Sequence record: ON528726
Source: Shigella phage ESh16
DNA length: 64,000 nucleotides
Direction: 5' to 3' (one strand)
Shown here piece after piece: positions 27,595 to 37,238 of the stretch. The position numbers and the translations under genes are program-made. The notes beneath the pieces were generated by a model. That model had not been told where the DNA came from, made no database searches, and saw only the letters and a program-made list of their open reading frames with translations. Each line of letters starts with the position of its first letter. The first letter of the stretch is position 1.

Positions 27595-27990
27595 TTTATT
27601 GGAGATTCACTGCCTTAGTGTGAGCTAAAATCGAGGAGCCGTCGAACTGTCTGATTAATGATTTGCGAATCATTATAGTTTTAAGACCCCGGCAGTTTTA
27701 CGGTGTACCTCTTGAATGTTATTCTTATAGCGGCAAGTGCATGCTACCCCGAGGTGATGGCCAATCGGGAGTACGCCTCAAGGCCTATATATCCATCAGT
27801 ATATATCTTATCCTCGAGAAATCGAACCCGGAACCTTTAAGCTAACGGTGTGCAACAGATAAGAGCTATAAGGTATGTTGACGGGTTTATGGTTATCCTG
27901 TCGGTAAATATTCAAAACCTATGTTCCCCTTGAGGGCTTGCGCAGGCAATGCCAATAAGTCCTGCATTTTCATTTAAAAGAGAATTTATA

Positions 27991-28167
27991 ATGGCAAAAC
28001 AAGCTAAAGCAAAGAAAGCAGTTGAAAAGAAAGTTGGTGATTCTAAACGCGCTGGCTACAAGCGTGGGTCGAACTCTCGTATCAATCAAACTGTTGAGAA
28101 GATCATGCGCCGAGCACGTGCGGTTCTTCGAGATGATGCTTCTCGTTTTGGTAAGCAGAAAGCATAA
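27991..28167 (+). CDS. Small basic protein (58 aa), 30.9-like position
   Basis: MAKQAKAKKAVEKKVGDSKRAGYKRGS...; followed by a strong terminator. Confidence 0.55.
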   Translation: MAKQAKAKKAVEKKVGDSKRAGYKRGSNSRINQTVEKIMRRARAVLRDDASRFGKQKA

Positions 28168-28170
28168 GTT

Positions 28171-28200
28171 GAGGACTCCTTCGGGAGTCCTTTTTTATTT
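28171..28200 (+). terminator. Rho-independent terminator with CUUCGG loop
   Basis: gaggactccttcgggagtcc then ttttttatttt. Confidence 0.7.
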
Positions 28201-28220
28201 TCCAAAGATTGCACAAAGTT

Positions 28221-28250
28221 GTTTACAGCATGGTTCCTTTGTGATAGTAT
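28221..28250 (+). promoter_or_regulatory. Early promoter
   Basis: gtttacagcatggttcctttgtgatagtat: -35 GTTTACA, -10 TAGTAT. Confidence 0.5.
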
Positions 28251-28277
28251 TATCTTACACAAACAAAGGAGAATAAA

Positions 28278-28610
28278 ATGAAAACGATTAATCTGAACGC
28301 TGCAGTTAAAACTAAATGCTTCAACGGTAAATATGATGAAACTATGTGGTTCTTAATGGCAGTTGAAGGTGATATTATTGAAGTAGAAACAACAGAAGGT
28401 ATGGGAACAGATTTCACCTTTACAATTCAAGTTCATAATTTCTTTACTGGTTGGATTTATGAATTGAACACAGTAATCGTTGGAAAAATTGAACAAAATG
28501 AATTGGGTGAATGGTATTATGTTACAGCTCGCCAACGCGCCGAACGCTTAATTGAGAAGATGAAAAAAGTTGGTAAACTTGACATGCAGCACTGGAAAGT
28601 AGTAAAATAA
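28278..28610 (+). CDS. Hypothetical protein (110 aa), 30.8-like position
   Basis: AAGGAG RBS. Confidence 0.55.
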   Translation: MKTINLNAAVKTKCFNGKYDETMWFLMAVEGDIIEVETTEGMGTDFTFTIQVHNFFTGWIYELNTVIVGKIEQNELGEWYYVTARQRAERLIEKMKKVGKLDMQHWKVVK

Positions 28611-28612
28611 TT

Positions 28613-28641
28613 GTTTACTTTGGTACAGGATATGATATTAT
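28613..28641 (+). promoter_or_regulatory. Early promoter with stem-loop (PeSL-like)
   Basis: gtttactttggtacaggatatgatattatatacctgtacc: inverted repeat GGTACAGG/CCTGTACC across the -10. Confidence 0.5.
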
Positions 28642-28678
28642 ATACCTGTACCGCAATTAAACATCTCGGAGAATAAAA

Positions 28679-29044
28679 ATGAACTACATCAACTTTGAAC
28701 GTAAATATGTTTCTAATGGTATTGCAGGTTCTATTGATACTATTTGCCTTTGGAAACATCAAAATGGATCAGTATGCGAAATTGAACAGTATATGACTCC
28801 TAACTACGTTTATATGCGATTTGAAAATGGCATCACAGTTTCAATCACAATGGAAGGTTCCAACTTCAAAATCGCTTTGGATGATGATTTTCGTCAACGC
28901 GATTTAGGGACTCATCCTTGCTGGAATGGCGTTAATCGTAAGCTTCTGGTTAAAACTTGGATTCGTCATATTTTGAGTAACAGAGCTAAACCTGAGCATC
29001 TTGAAGCAATCTTTGATGTAGTTCTTAACGAATTTGATATTTAA
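28679..29044 (+). CDS. Hypothetical protein (121 aa), 30.7-like position
   Basis: GGAGAA RBS. Confidence 0.55.
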   Translation: MNYINFERKYVSNGIAGSIDTICLWKHQNGSVCEIEQYMTPNYVYMRFENGITVSITMEGSNFKIALDDDFRQRDLGTHPCWNGVNRKLLVKTWIRHILSNRAKPEHLEAIFDVVLNEFDI

Positions 29045-29085
29045 AATAAAATGAGGGGCTTCGGCCCCTCATTGAGGAAAATACT

Positions 29086-29373
29086 ATGTTTATGACTACT
29101 TATTTTGATACCCGTAAAAATTTCTGTGAAGTGGTTTTCTCTAAGGCGCCTAAAGACCTTCCTGCTCATTTGCAACCTACCAGTGAATCGATTAAAAACT
29201 ACGTTAATGCAGTCTGTCCTTTAGAGTTCCGTACAGTAAATGGGCGCGATACTTTAGCTATCGCTAAACTCAATCGTGAAATTGACATTGACCCTTCAAT
29301 TGCGCGTGAAATTAATATTTCTGATATTGGCGGAGGTAATGTTAAATCGCATGGTTTTCAGATGAGGTTCTAA
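29086..29373 (+). CDS. Hypothetical protein (95 aa), 30.6-like position
   Basis: ORF track; upstream hairpin gaggggcttcggcccctc. Confidence 0.5.
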   Translation: MFMTTYFDTRKNFCEVVFSKAPKDLPAHLQPTSESIKNYVNAVCPLEFRTVNGRDTLAIAKLNREIDIDPSIAREINISDIGGGNVKSHGFQMRF

Positions 29374-29570
29374 TGAAATTCTTTTTAGGTCAAACTGTTG
29401 AATTAAAGGGAGTTGGTATACCTGGATTAATTTCTAAGGTTTTACCTCCATTTAAATGGAGTGGTGTTCAAATAAAAGAGGCTTATATTGTTTCTTGGGT
29501 AGATGGAAATGAAGACCTTCGTATGGGCGATGAATTATCTCCTATTTACGGATTAAAGGAATTAGTATGA
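29373..29570 (+). CDS. Hypothetical protein (65 aa), 30.5-like position
   Basis: ORF track. Confidence 0.5.
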   Translation: MKFFLGQTVELKGVGIPGLISKVLPPFKWSGVQIKEAYIVSWVDGNEDLRMGDELSPIYGLKELV

Positions 29571-29773
29571 ATATAATTAATAAGATTTTTGGAATTCAGT
29601 ACATTAAGGTCACATATAAAGTAACGTATAAAGGTCCGTATACCGATGAATATGAAGAGCCACAAGTTCAGTCTATTATATTAGAAAAGGACCCTAACTG
29701 GCCAGTTGAATTTCGTCTTCCTTGCTATGGTCATTGGGCTGATGTTGAAATTATAAGTATTGAAAATGTCTGA
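29567..29773 (+). CDS. Hypothetical protein (68 aa), 30.4-like position
   Basis: ORF track. Confidence 0.5.
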   Translation: MNIINKIFGIQYIKVTYKVTYKGPYTDEYEEPQVQSIILEKDPNWPVEFRLPCYGHWADVEIISIENV

Positions 29774-30224
29774 GTTAGAGATTAGAAGCAATTTTAGATG
29801 GCCATCATGCGCATTAAGTAATTTCGCCCAATGGCCTTTTGTTATGGATGGTATCCAATTTGGAGGTCTCGAAGGATTCCTCCAAGGGTGTAAGGTGAAA
29901 AATGTTGAACAGCAACGTCGTATATTTGGGTTATCCGGGCTTGCCGCTCAACAAGCTGGAAGGTCTTATGCTAGAGCTCAGGACCGTGGGACCCTCTTCT
30001 GGCTTGGAGTTCCGTTTTCAAGATACTCTCCAGCGTGGAAAGAATTATATACAAATGCATATTTTGAAGCAGCGTTCCAAAACAAGGGCTTTCGTGATGC
30101 ATTACAAGCCTCGAAAGGAAAAGTTTTGAAGCACAGCATGGCTAATGGTCTAACAAAAGATGATACAATATTAACCGAAGCTGAATTTATTGATGTGTTA
30201 AACCTATTAAGAGACTCTCTATGA
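29760..30224 (+). CDS. NADAR/YbiA-like domain protein (154 aa), 30.3-like position
   Basis: Motif LSNFAQWPFVMDG...LEGF...K resembles the YbiA/NADAR core (FSNFAAWPIKVDG...SEHYFQAQK). Confidence 0.55.
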   Translation: MKMSELEIRSNFRWPSCALSNFAQWPFVMDGIQFGGLEGFLQGCKVKNVEQQRRIFGLSGLAAQQAGRSYARAQDRGTLFWLGVPFSRYSPAWKELYTNAYFEAAFQNKGFRDALQASKGKVLKHSMANGLTKDDTILTEAEFIDVLNLLRDSL

Positions 30225-31060
30225 AGCCTACTATTTTAACTGATATTGATGGAGTATGTTTAAGCTGGCAATCAGGTCTTCCTTATTTTGCTCAGAAATA
30301 TAATCTTCCGTTAGAACATATTTTAAAAATGATCCAAGATGAGAAATTTATTTCTCCAGGTAAACTCTTTAATTGTGATGAAGAACTCGGTGTCAAGCTA
30401 ATTGAAAAATACAATCGATCAGATTTTATTCGTTACTTGTCTCCATATAAAGATGCCCTGTGTGTAATTAACAAATTAAAAGAAGATTATAATTTTGTAG
30501 CTGTCACAGCATTGGGTGATTCTATTGACGCTCTGTTGAATCGTCAATTTAATTTGAATGCTCTTTTTCCTGGTGCCTTCTCAGAAGTAATGATGTGTGG
30601 TCATGATTCTTCAAAAGAAGAGTTGTTTAAAAAGGCAAAAGAGAAATATAACGTAATTTGTTATATTGACGATCTCGCTCATCACTGCGATCATGCGAGT
30701 GAAATATTAAATGTTCCTGTGTATTGGATGGCTCGAGGAGAGCGTGACAATATTCCAAAAACTGTCCAGCGAGTTTATACATGGAATGATATAGAAAATA
30801 AGCTTTTTTCACCAAAGGAAAATAAAGAAAGTTTTGATAGTGAAAAAGCTATAAAAGATTTAATTGAGAAGATGGTTAAAAACGATTCTTTTCCTTGGAA
30901 CACTACCTGGAGAACGCCTGGATTTAATCCTTATAATCATCTATATCATCCATATCAGACACATCCGTTTCAGACATGGAACTATATTAAACCTGGTGGC
31001 ATAGAGTATTTGTATAATAGACCTACTTGTGGTGATAATATTTTCCAAGGAGCATTCTAA
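30221..31060 (+). CDS. HAD-superfamily-like hydrolase (279 aa), 30.2-like position
   Basis: N-terminal motif ILTDIDGVCL (DxDG) and downstream YIDDL. Confidence 0.55.
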   Translation: MKPTILTDIDGVCLSWQSGLPYFAQKYNLPLEHILKMIQDEKFISPGKLFNCDEELGVKLIEKYNRSDFIRYLSPYKDALCVINKLKEDYNFVAVTALGDSIDALLNRQFNLNALFPGAFSEVMMCGHDSSKEELFKKAKEKYNVICYIDDLAHHCDHASEILNVPVYWMARGERDNIPKTVQRVYTWNDIENKLFSPKENKESFDSEKAIKDLIEKMVKNDSFPWNTTWRTPGFNPYNHLYHPYQTHPFQTWNYIKPGGIEYLYNRPTCGDNIFQGAF

Positions 31061-31329
31061 TGTTTGTCGTTCACACTATTTATGAAAATGAAGGTAATAC
31101 TACACGTGATTACGGTCACGTAAATCAATTTTTTAGATGCAATCCAGAATTCCGAGCTCAAAAAGACGAACGAATTTTTAAAAAATGTGTCGAGCAAGGT
31201 TTCATTTATATCAAGCACTGGATGCAAGGAAATAAAGTTAGAACTACATATCATAGGTCTTTAACTGAGCTTAATGATGAATTGATTTATAATAGAGCTG
31301 TAAATCAAACTCTGAAGGATGAACAATGA
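31060..31329 (+). CDS. Hypothetical protein (89 aa), 30.1-like position
   Basis: ORF track; coupled to gene 30. Confidence 0.5.
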   Translation: MFVVHTIYENEGNTTRDYGHVNQFFRCNPEFRAQKDERIFKKCVEQGFIYIKHWMQGNKVRTTYHRSLTELNDELIYNRAVNQTLKDEQ

Positions 31330-32786
31330 TTCTTAAAATTCTGAATGAAATAGCATCTATTGGATCAACTAAGCAGAAGCAAGCAATTCTTGAAAAGAAT
31401 AAAGATAATGAATTGCTTAAACGAGTATATCGTCTGACTTATTCTCGTGGGTTACAGTATTATATCAAGAAATGGCCTAAGCCTGGTATTGCTACCCAGA
31501 GTTTTGGAATGCTGACTATTACCGATATGCTTGACTTCATTGAATTCACGTTAGCTACTCGGAAATTGACTGGAAATGCTGCAATTGAGGAATTAACTGG
31601 ATATATCACCGATGGTAAAAAGGATGATGTTGAAGTTTTGCGTCGAGTTATGATGCGAGACCTTGAATGTGGTGCTTCAGTATCTATTGCAAACAAAGTT
31701 TGGCCAGGTTTAATTCCTGAACAACCTCAAATGTTGGCAAGTTCTTATGATGAAAAAGGCATTAGTAAGAATATCAAATTTCCAGCCTTTGCACAGTTAA
31801 AAGCAGATGGAGCTCGGTGTTTTGCTGAAGTCCGAGGTGATGAATTAGATGATGTTCGTCTTTTATCACGAGCTGGTAATGAATATCTAGGATTAGATCT
31901 TCTTAAGGAAGAATTAATCAAAATGACTGCTGAAGCCCGCCAGATTCATCCAGAAGGTGTGTTAATTGATGGCGAATTGGTATACCATGAGCAAGTTAAA
32001 AAGGAACCAGAAGGCCTAGATTTTCTTTTTGATACTCCTGAAAATAGTAAAGTTAAAGAGTTTGCCGAAGTAGCGGAATCTCGTACTACTTCTAATGGAA
32101 TCGCCAATAAATCTTTAAAGGGAACCATTTCTGAAAAAGAAGCTCAATGCATGAAGTTTCAGGTCTGGGATTATGTCCCGTTGGTAGAAATATACGGTCT
32201 TCCGGCGTTTCGTTTAAAATATGATGTACGTTTTTCTAAACTAGAACAAATGACATCAGGATATGATAAAGTAATTTTAATTGAAAACCAAGTAGTAAAT
32301 AACCTAGATGAAGCTAAGGTAATTTATAAAAAGTATATTGACCAAGGTCTTGAAGGTATTATTCTCAAAAATACCGATGGATTGTGGGAAAATGCTCGTT
32401 CAAAAAATCTTTATAAATTTAAAGAAGTAATTGATGTTGATTTAAAAATTGTAGGAATTTATCCTCACCGTAAAGACCCTACTAAAGCAGGTGGATTTAT
32501 TCTTGAATCAGAGTGTGGAAAAATTAAAGTAAATGCTGGTTCAGGCTTAAAAGATAAAGCCGGTGTAAAATCGCATGAACTTGACCGTACTCGCATTATG
32601 GAAAACCAAAATTATTATATTGGAAAAATTCTAGAATGTGAATGCAATGGTTGGTTAAAATCTGACGGCCGCACTGATTACGTTAAATTATTTCTTCCGA
32701 TTGCGATTCGTTTACGTGAAGATAAAACTAAAGCTAATACATTTGAGGATGTATTTGGTGATTTTCATGAGGTAACTGGTCTATGA
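31326..32786 (+). CDS. 30: ATP-dependent DNA ligase (486 aa)
   Basis: Adenylation motif QLKADGARCF (KxDG); MILKILNEIASIGSTKQKQAILEKN... Confidence 0.96.
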   Translation: MILKILNEIASIGSTKQKQAILEKNKDNELLKRVYRLTYSRGLQYYIKKWPKPGIATQSFGMLTITDMLDFIEFTLATRKLTGNAAIEELTGYITDGKKDDVEVLRRVMMRDLECGASVSIANKVWPGLIPEQPQMLASSYDEKGISKNIKFPAFAQLKADGARCFAEVRGDELDDVRLLSRAGNEYLGLDLLKEELIKMTAEARQIHPEGVLIDGELVYHEQVKKEPEGLDFLFDTPENSKVKEFAEVAESRTTSNGIANKSLKGTISEKEAQCMKFQVWDYVPLVEIYGLPAFRLKYDVRFSKLEQMTSGYDKVILIENQVVNNLDEAKVIYKKYIDQGLEGIILKNTDGLWENARSKNLYKFKEVIDVDLKIVGIYPHRKDPTKAGGFILESECGKIKVNAGSGLKDKAGVKSHELDRTRIMENQNYYIGKILECECNGWLKSDGRTDYVKLFLPIAIRLREDKTKANTFEDVFGDFHEVTGL

Positions 32787-32971
32787 AAGCTTACTTAGAA
32801 ACAATTGTCGTGGCTCAAAAAGAAGGTGGAGATGTTTCTACTTCTGTATCACAAATTATGATTGAATTTATAGATGCGTATGCTTATAATAAATTCACAG
32901 AAACATTTGATGCCTATGAAAAAGGTCCAAAGTTTGAAATATATCGTACTCTCTTACCAATAGATTATTAA
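32783..32971 (+). CDS. Hypothetical protein (62 aa)
   Basis: ORF track; overlaps ligase stop. Confidence 0.45.
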   Translation: MKAYLETIVVAQKEGGDVSTSVSQIMIEFIDAYAYNKFTETFDAYEKGPKFEIYRTLLPIDY

Positions 32972-32992
32972 AGGCCTTCGGGCCTTTAATTT

Positions 32993-33000
32993 TATAAATA
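32993..33000 (+). promoter_or_regulatory. Late promoter TATAAATA upstream of alt, preceded by a CUUCGG hairpin
   Basis: aaaggccttcgggccttt hairpin (32970-32987) then tataaata. Confidence 0.55.
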
Positions 33001-33023
33001 GAATAAACACTAGAGAGGATATG

Positions 33024-35117
33024 ATGGAACTCATTACAGAATTATTTGACGAAGATACTACTCTTCCGATTACAAACTTAAATCCAAAGAAGAAAATACC
33101 GCAAATTTTTTCAGTTCATGTTGATGACGCAATTGAACAACCAGGCTTTCGTTTATGTACTTATACATCTGGAGGTGATACTAATCGCGATTTAAAGATG
33201 GGCGATAAAATGATGCATATTGTTCCTTTTACATTAACTGCCAAAGGTTCAATTGCTAAATTAAAAGGTCTCGGTCCAAGCCCAATTAATTACATCAATT
33301 CAGTTTTTACTGTTGCGATGCAGACGATGCGTCAGTATAAAATTGATGCCTGCATGCTCCGTATTCTTAAGTCTAAAACTGCTGGTCAAGCTCGTCAAAT
33401 TCAACTTATTGCTGATAGACTTATCCGTAGTCGTTCAGGTGGCAGATACGTCCTTCTTAAGGAACTCTGGGATTACGATAAAAAGTATGCATATATTCTT
33501 ATACATCGCAAAAATGTATCATTAGAAGACATTCCAGGAGTTCCTGAAATTAGTACCGAGCTCTTTACTAAAGTTGAATCGAAGGTCGGTGATGTTTATA
33601 TCAATAAAGATACCGGAGCTCAAGTAACTAAAAATGAGGCAATTGCAGCATCTATTGCACAAGAAAACGATAAACGTTCTGACCAAGCTGTAATCGTTAA
33701 AGTTAAAATTTCCCGTAGAGCAATTGCACAAAGTCAGTCATTGGAATCTTCTAGATTTGAAAGTGAATTATTCCAAAAGTATGAATCTACCGCAGCTAAT
33801 TTCAATAAACCTGCTACAGCTCCTTTAATTCCCGAAGCAGAAGAAATGAAGCTTGGAATTAATTCATTAGCTTCTAAAACTAAGGCAGCAAAAATTATTG
33901 CTGAAGGAACTGCAGATGAACTTCATTATGACTATAAATTCTTTCCAATGAGTGAGGTTGGTGAAGTTTCTGAAAAAATTAAAGATGTAATTCTTAATGC
34001 GATTAAAAATGAACCAACTACTTCAATAAAATGTTTAGAAAAATACGCAGCAGCTGTTAATCAACTCTTTGAAGAATATAAAGATAAATGGCTTGATAAA
34101 CATAATAAAACCCGTAAAGGACAGCCAGATGAAGTCTGGGAAGAAATAACTAAAAATTCCTGGAACGCAGCAAAAACTAAATTCCTCAAACGAATGATTT
34201 ATAGCTTTTCTGGAATTGGTGCAGGTCCAATGATTGATATTACTATTGCCCGTGATGGTTCTAAATATACTCCATCACAAAAGCGCGGCATTAGAGAGTA
34301 TTGTGGTTCAGGATATACTGACATCAATAATCTTCTTTTAGGTCGCTACAATCCAGAACGATATGAGGTAATGAGTGAAAAAGAAATTGAATCTGCTATA
34401 AATAACTTAGATTCAGCTTTTGAAAATGGTGATCGTATACCAGAAGGCATTACAGTTTATCGTGCTCAAAGTATGACTGCTCCTATATACGAAGCACTAG
34501 TTAAAAATAAAGTGTTCTATTTCAGAAATTTTGTATCTACTTCTTTAACTCCTATCATTTTTGGACGTTTTGGAATTACACATGCTGGTATTGGTCTTTT
34601 AGAACCAGAAGCTCGTAATGAATTGACAGTTGATAAAAATGAAGAAGGAATAACTATTAATCCAAATGAAATAAGAGCGTATAAAGAAAATCCTGAATAC
34701 GTTAAAGTTCAAATAGGATGGGCAATTGATGGAGCTCATAAAGTTAATGTTGTATATCCAGGAAGTCTCGGAATAGCAACAGAAGCTGAAGTTATTCTAC
34801 CACGCGGATTGATGGTCAAAGTTAATAAAATAACTGATGCTTCTAATAACGACGGAACAACATCTAATAATACAAAACTCATTCAAGCTGAAGTTATGAC
34901 TACAGAAGAACTCACCGAATCAGTAATTTATGACGGTGACCGTCTAATGGAAACCGGTGAAGTAGTTGCAATGACAGGTGATATTGAAATAGAAGACAGA
35001 GTTGACTTTGCATCATTTGTTTCATCAAATGTTAAACAAAAAGTAGAATCATCTCTTGGAATTATTGCGTCTTGCATAGATATTACAAACATGCCTTACA
35101 AGTTCGTTCAAGGATAA
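33024..35117 (+). CDS. alt: Alt-like ADP-ribosyltransferase, copy 1 (697 aa)
   Basis: N-terminus MELITELFD; C-terminal ART motifs YRAQ (Arg), FVSTSL (STS), EAEVILPRG (Glu). Confidence 0.85.
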   Translation: MELITELFDEDTTLPITNLNPKKKIPQIFSVHVDDAIEQPGFRLCTYTSGGDTNRDLKMGDKMMHIVPFTLTAKGSIAKLKGLGPSPINYINSVFTVAMQTMRQYKIDACMLRILKSKTAGQARQIQLIADRLIRSRSGGRYVLLKELWDYDKKYAYILIHRKNVSLEDIPGVPEISTELFTKVESKVGDVYINKDTGAQVTKNEAIAASIAQENDKRSDQAVIVKVKISRRAIAQSQSLESSRFESELFQKYESTAANFNKPATAPLIPEAEEMKLGINSLASKTKAAKIIAEGTADELHYDYKFFPMSEVGEVSEKIKDVILNAIKNEPTTSIKCLEKYAAAVNQLFEEYKDKWLDKHNKTRKGQPDEVWEEITKNSWNAAKTKFLKRMIYSFSGIGAGPMIDITIARDGSKYTPSQKRGIREYCGSGYTDINNLLLGRYNPERYEVMSEKEIESAINNLDSAFENGDRIPEGITVYRAQSMTAPIYEALVKNKVFYFRNFVSTSLTPIIFGRFGITHAGIGLLEPEARNELTVDKNEEGITINPNEIRAYKENPEYVKVQIGWAIDGAHKVNVVYPGSLGIATEAEVILPRGLMVKVNKITDASNNDGTTSNNTKLIQAEVMTTEELTESVIYDGDRLMETGEVVAMTGDIEIEDRVDFASFVSSNVKQKVESSLGIIASCIDITNMPYKFVQG

Positions 35118-35120
35118 ATC

Positions 35121-37178
35121 ATGGAACTTATTACAGAATTATTTGACGGCGCTTCGGCGCCGGTTATTAACTTAAATCCTAAGCATAAAATACCTCAAAT
35201 TTTTGCTATTCAAGCCGGTGAAGAAAGCGTGCTTCCTGGATTTAGATTTTGTACATACACCTCTGGCGGTGATACAAATAAAAACGTTAAGCCAGGCGAT
35301 AAAATGATGCATATCGTAATGATAGGTGTTAATGAGAAACTATCATTAGTTAAACTTAAAAACTTGGGTGGAAATCCAATTGGTGTCATTAATGCTGTTT
35401 TTGATACTGCTCTTCAAACAATGAAACAGTATAAAATTGATGCATGCTTATTCCGCGTACTAAAAAGTAAAACAAATGGCGCTGCTCGTCAAATGCAAGT
35501 TATTGCTGACCGTTTAGTACGTACTAAAGGAGCAGGTCGATATGTTCTTTTAAAGGAAATCTGGGATTACGATAAAAAGTATGCATATATTATGGTTTAC
35601 CGTAAAAATGCCAATTTAGAAGACATTCCAGGTGTACCTCCTATTTCAACTGAGTTATTCACAAAAGTTGAATCAAAGGTTGGTGATGTTTATGTAGATG
35701 TCAAAACAGGTAATGCTGTTCCTAAAGCTGTTGCTGTTGCTGCTTCTATTGCTTTAGAAAATGATAAGCGCACGGATCAAGCTGTTATTCAGAAAACTAA
35801 AATTAGTCGTCGATTAGCAGCACAAGCTCAATATTCTACTGTCGATGCTTCACTCCAGGGCGATAGCTTCGCTGCTAAGAAATATCAAGAGTTTGAATCT
35901 AAAGTTCCGGTATATAAAGCAGAAGGACCAATGAACTCTGGCGTTATTCAGATTGGTTCAAACTTCGGCAAAGGAGCTATCGGTGGTATGAGAAGTGCTT
36001 CTCGTTTTAAATCTAACGATTATGAACTAGAAAGCTTCCGAAATCATATTGCATTGGCCCATGCACGTTTACGTGATCCGTCTATCAGACTGCAGAGCGA
36101 TATAACACATCAAGGTTCTCAAGAATATTTAAAGAATAAAGAATTCTTTGATTATAAAACCGATAAAATTTTGAGCGATCTCGCTGACATTAATATTTCT
36201 AATAGCTTTGATGTTATTAAGAAAATTATCAATGATTTAGTTAAAGGTTCTAAAGCCACACCAGACGAAAAGGTAGCTATTATTCAATTTGTCATGAATG
36301 GCATTTATAAATTGATTAATGAATCTGCTGCTCAGGCATATGAATACGCAAGCACCGAAGTAACTCCAAAAGGACTGACTCAGGCTGAGTCTGATGTAAT
36401 TGAAGATTATTGTGCAGATTCATATGTTGAAATGAACTCGTTCCTTTTAGGTAAACCAGATTCTACCCGTGAAGAATACATGGAACGAGCTATTAAACAC
36501 ATCGAGACGCTGGATTCTGCATTCGCCAAAGGATCAGTTCTTCCTCCAGGAACTACGCTTTATCGTGGACAAGAAGTTACTTTTAAAACTTTACGCCATA
36601 ATATTGAAAATAAAATGTTCTATTTCAAGAACTTCGTATCAACATCGCTTAAACCAAATATCTTCGGTGAGCATGGTAAAAACTATATGGCTCTAGATGA
36701 TTCCGGCGCAGTATTTTCTGGTGAAGGAGAAGGTTCTGTTGATGCTGAAGATTTAATGCATATGGGCAGTCATTCTGCTTATGCGAATGAAGATGCTGAA
36801 ACTAGCGTAGGTATGGTAATTAAAGGGGCTGAGCGAATCAAAGTTATCGTTCCAGGTCATTTATCAGGATTTCCATCAGAAGCTGAAGTTATTCTACCGC
36901 GTGGAATTTTGCTGAAGATTAATAAAGTAAGCACGTACATGATGAAAGAAACTGCTTATAACAAGTATCTAATCGAAGGCACAATCGTTCCTCCTTCTGA
37001 ACAATTAGAAGAATCGGTATATGATGGCGATCATCTAATGGAAACTGGTGAAGTTCGTCCAATGGCTGGGTTTAATCAATTCCTTATAGAAGAATCAAAA
37101 GAAGAGGAAAACGAAGTTTCTCAAATCTTGGCTTCTTTGGTTAACATCAACGGAATGTCTAAAAAGTTCAAGATGTAG
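35121..37178 (+). CDS. Alt-like ADP-ribosyltransferase paralog, copy 2 (685 aa)
   Basis: Same N-terminal about 230 aa architecture and C-terminal YRGQ / FVSTSL / EAEVILPRG motifs; central region divergent. Confidence 0.8.
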   Translation: MELITELFDGASAPVINLNPKHKIPQIFAIQAGEESVLPGFRFCTYTSGGDTNKNVKPGDKMMHIVMIGVNEKLSLVKLKNLGGNPIGVINAVFDTALQTMKQYKIDACLFRVLKSKTNGAARQMQVIADRLVRTKGAGRYVLLKEIWDYDKKYAYIMVYRKNANLEDIPGVPPISTELFTKVESKVGDVYVDVKTGNAVPKAVAVAASIALENDKRTDQAVIQKTKISRRLAAQAQYSTVDASLQGDSFAAKKYQEFESKVPVYKAEGPMNSGVIQIGSNFGKGAIGGMRSASRFKSNDYELESFRNHIALAHARLRDPSIRLQSDITHQGSQEYLKNKEFFDYKTDKILSDLADINISNSFDVIKKIINDLVKGSKATPDEKVAIIQFVMNGIYKLINESAAQAYEYASTEVTPKGLTQAESDVIEDYCADSYVEMNSFLLGKPDSTREEYMERAIKHIETLDSAFAKGSVLPPGTTLYRGQEVTFKTLRHNIENKMFYFKNFVSTSLKPNIFGEHGKNYMALDDSGAVFSGEGEGSVDAEDLMHMGSHSAYANEDAETSVGMVIKGAERIKVIVPGHLSGFPSEAEVILPRGILLKINKVSTYMMKETAYNKYLIEGTIVPPSEQLEESVYDGDHLMETGEVRPMAGFNQFLIEESKEEENEVSQILASLVNINGMSKKFKM

Positions 37179-37232
37179 TTTACAAGTCCCTCGTGTTGTG
37201 TTATAGTAGTCTTACTGACATAACATGAGGAA
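37178..37232 (+). promoter_or_regulatory. Early promoter plus stem-loop cassette (PeSL-like), copy B
   Basis: gtttacaagtccctcgtgttgtgttatagtagtcttactgacataacatgagga; 2 mismatches to copy A at 21727. Confidence 0.55.
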
Positions 37233-37238
37233 CACAAA

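Noticed and set aside
27663-27845. 60-aa ORF in the ORF-free island after rIII
   Set aside because: Begins at a TTG with no Shine-Dalgarno sequence and has an odd composition; more likely non-coding, though the region itself is reported as a finding.
27800-27870. Possible tRNA (TTCGA-containing segment resembling a T-loop)
   Set aside because: No acceptable cloverleaf could be built by hand on either strand (T-stem halves not complementary); a tRNA scan would be needed to overturn this.
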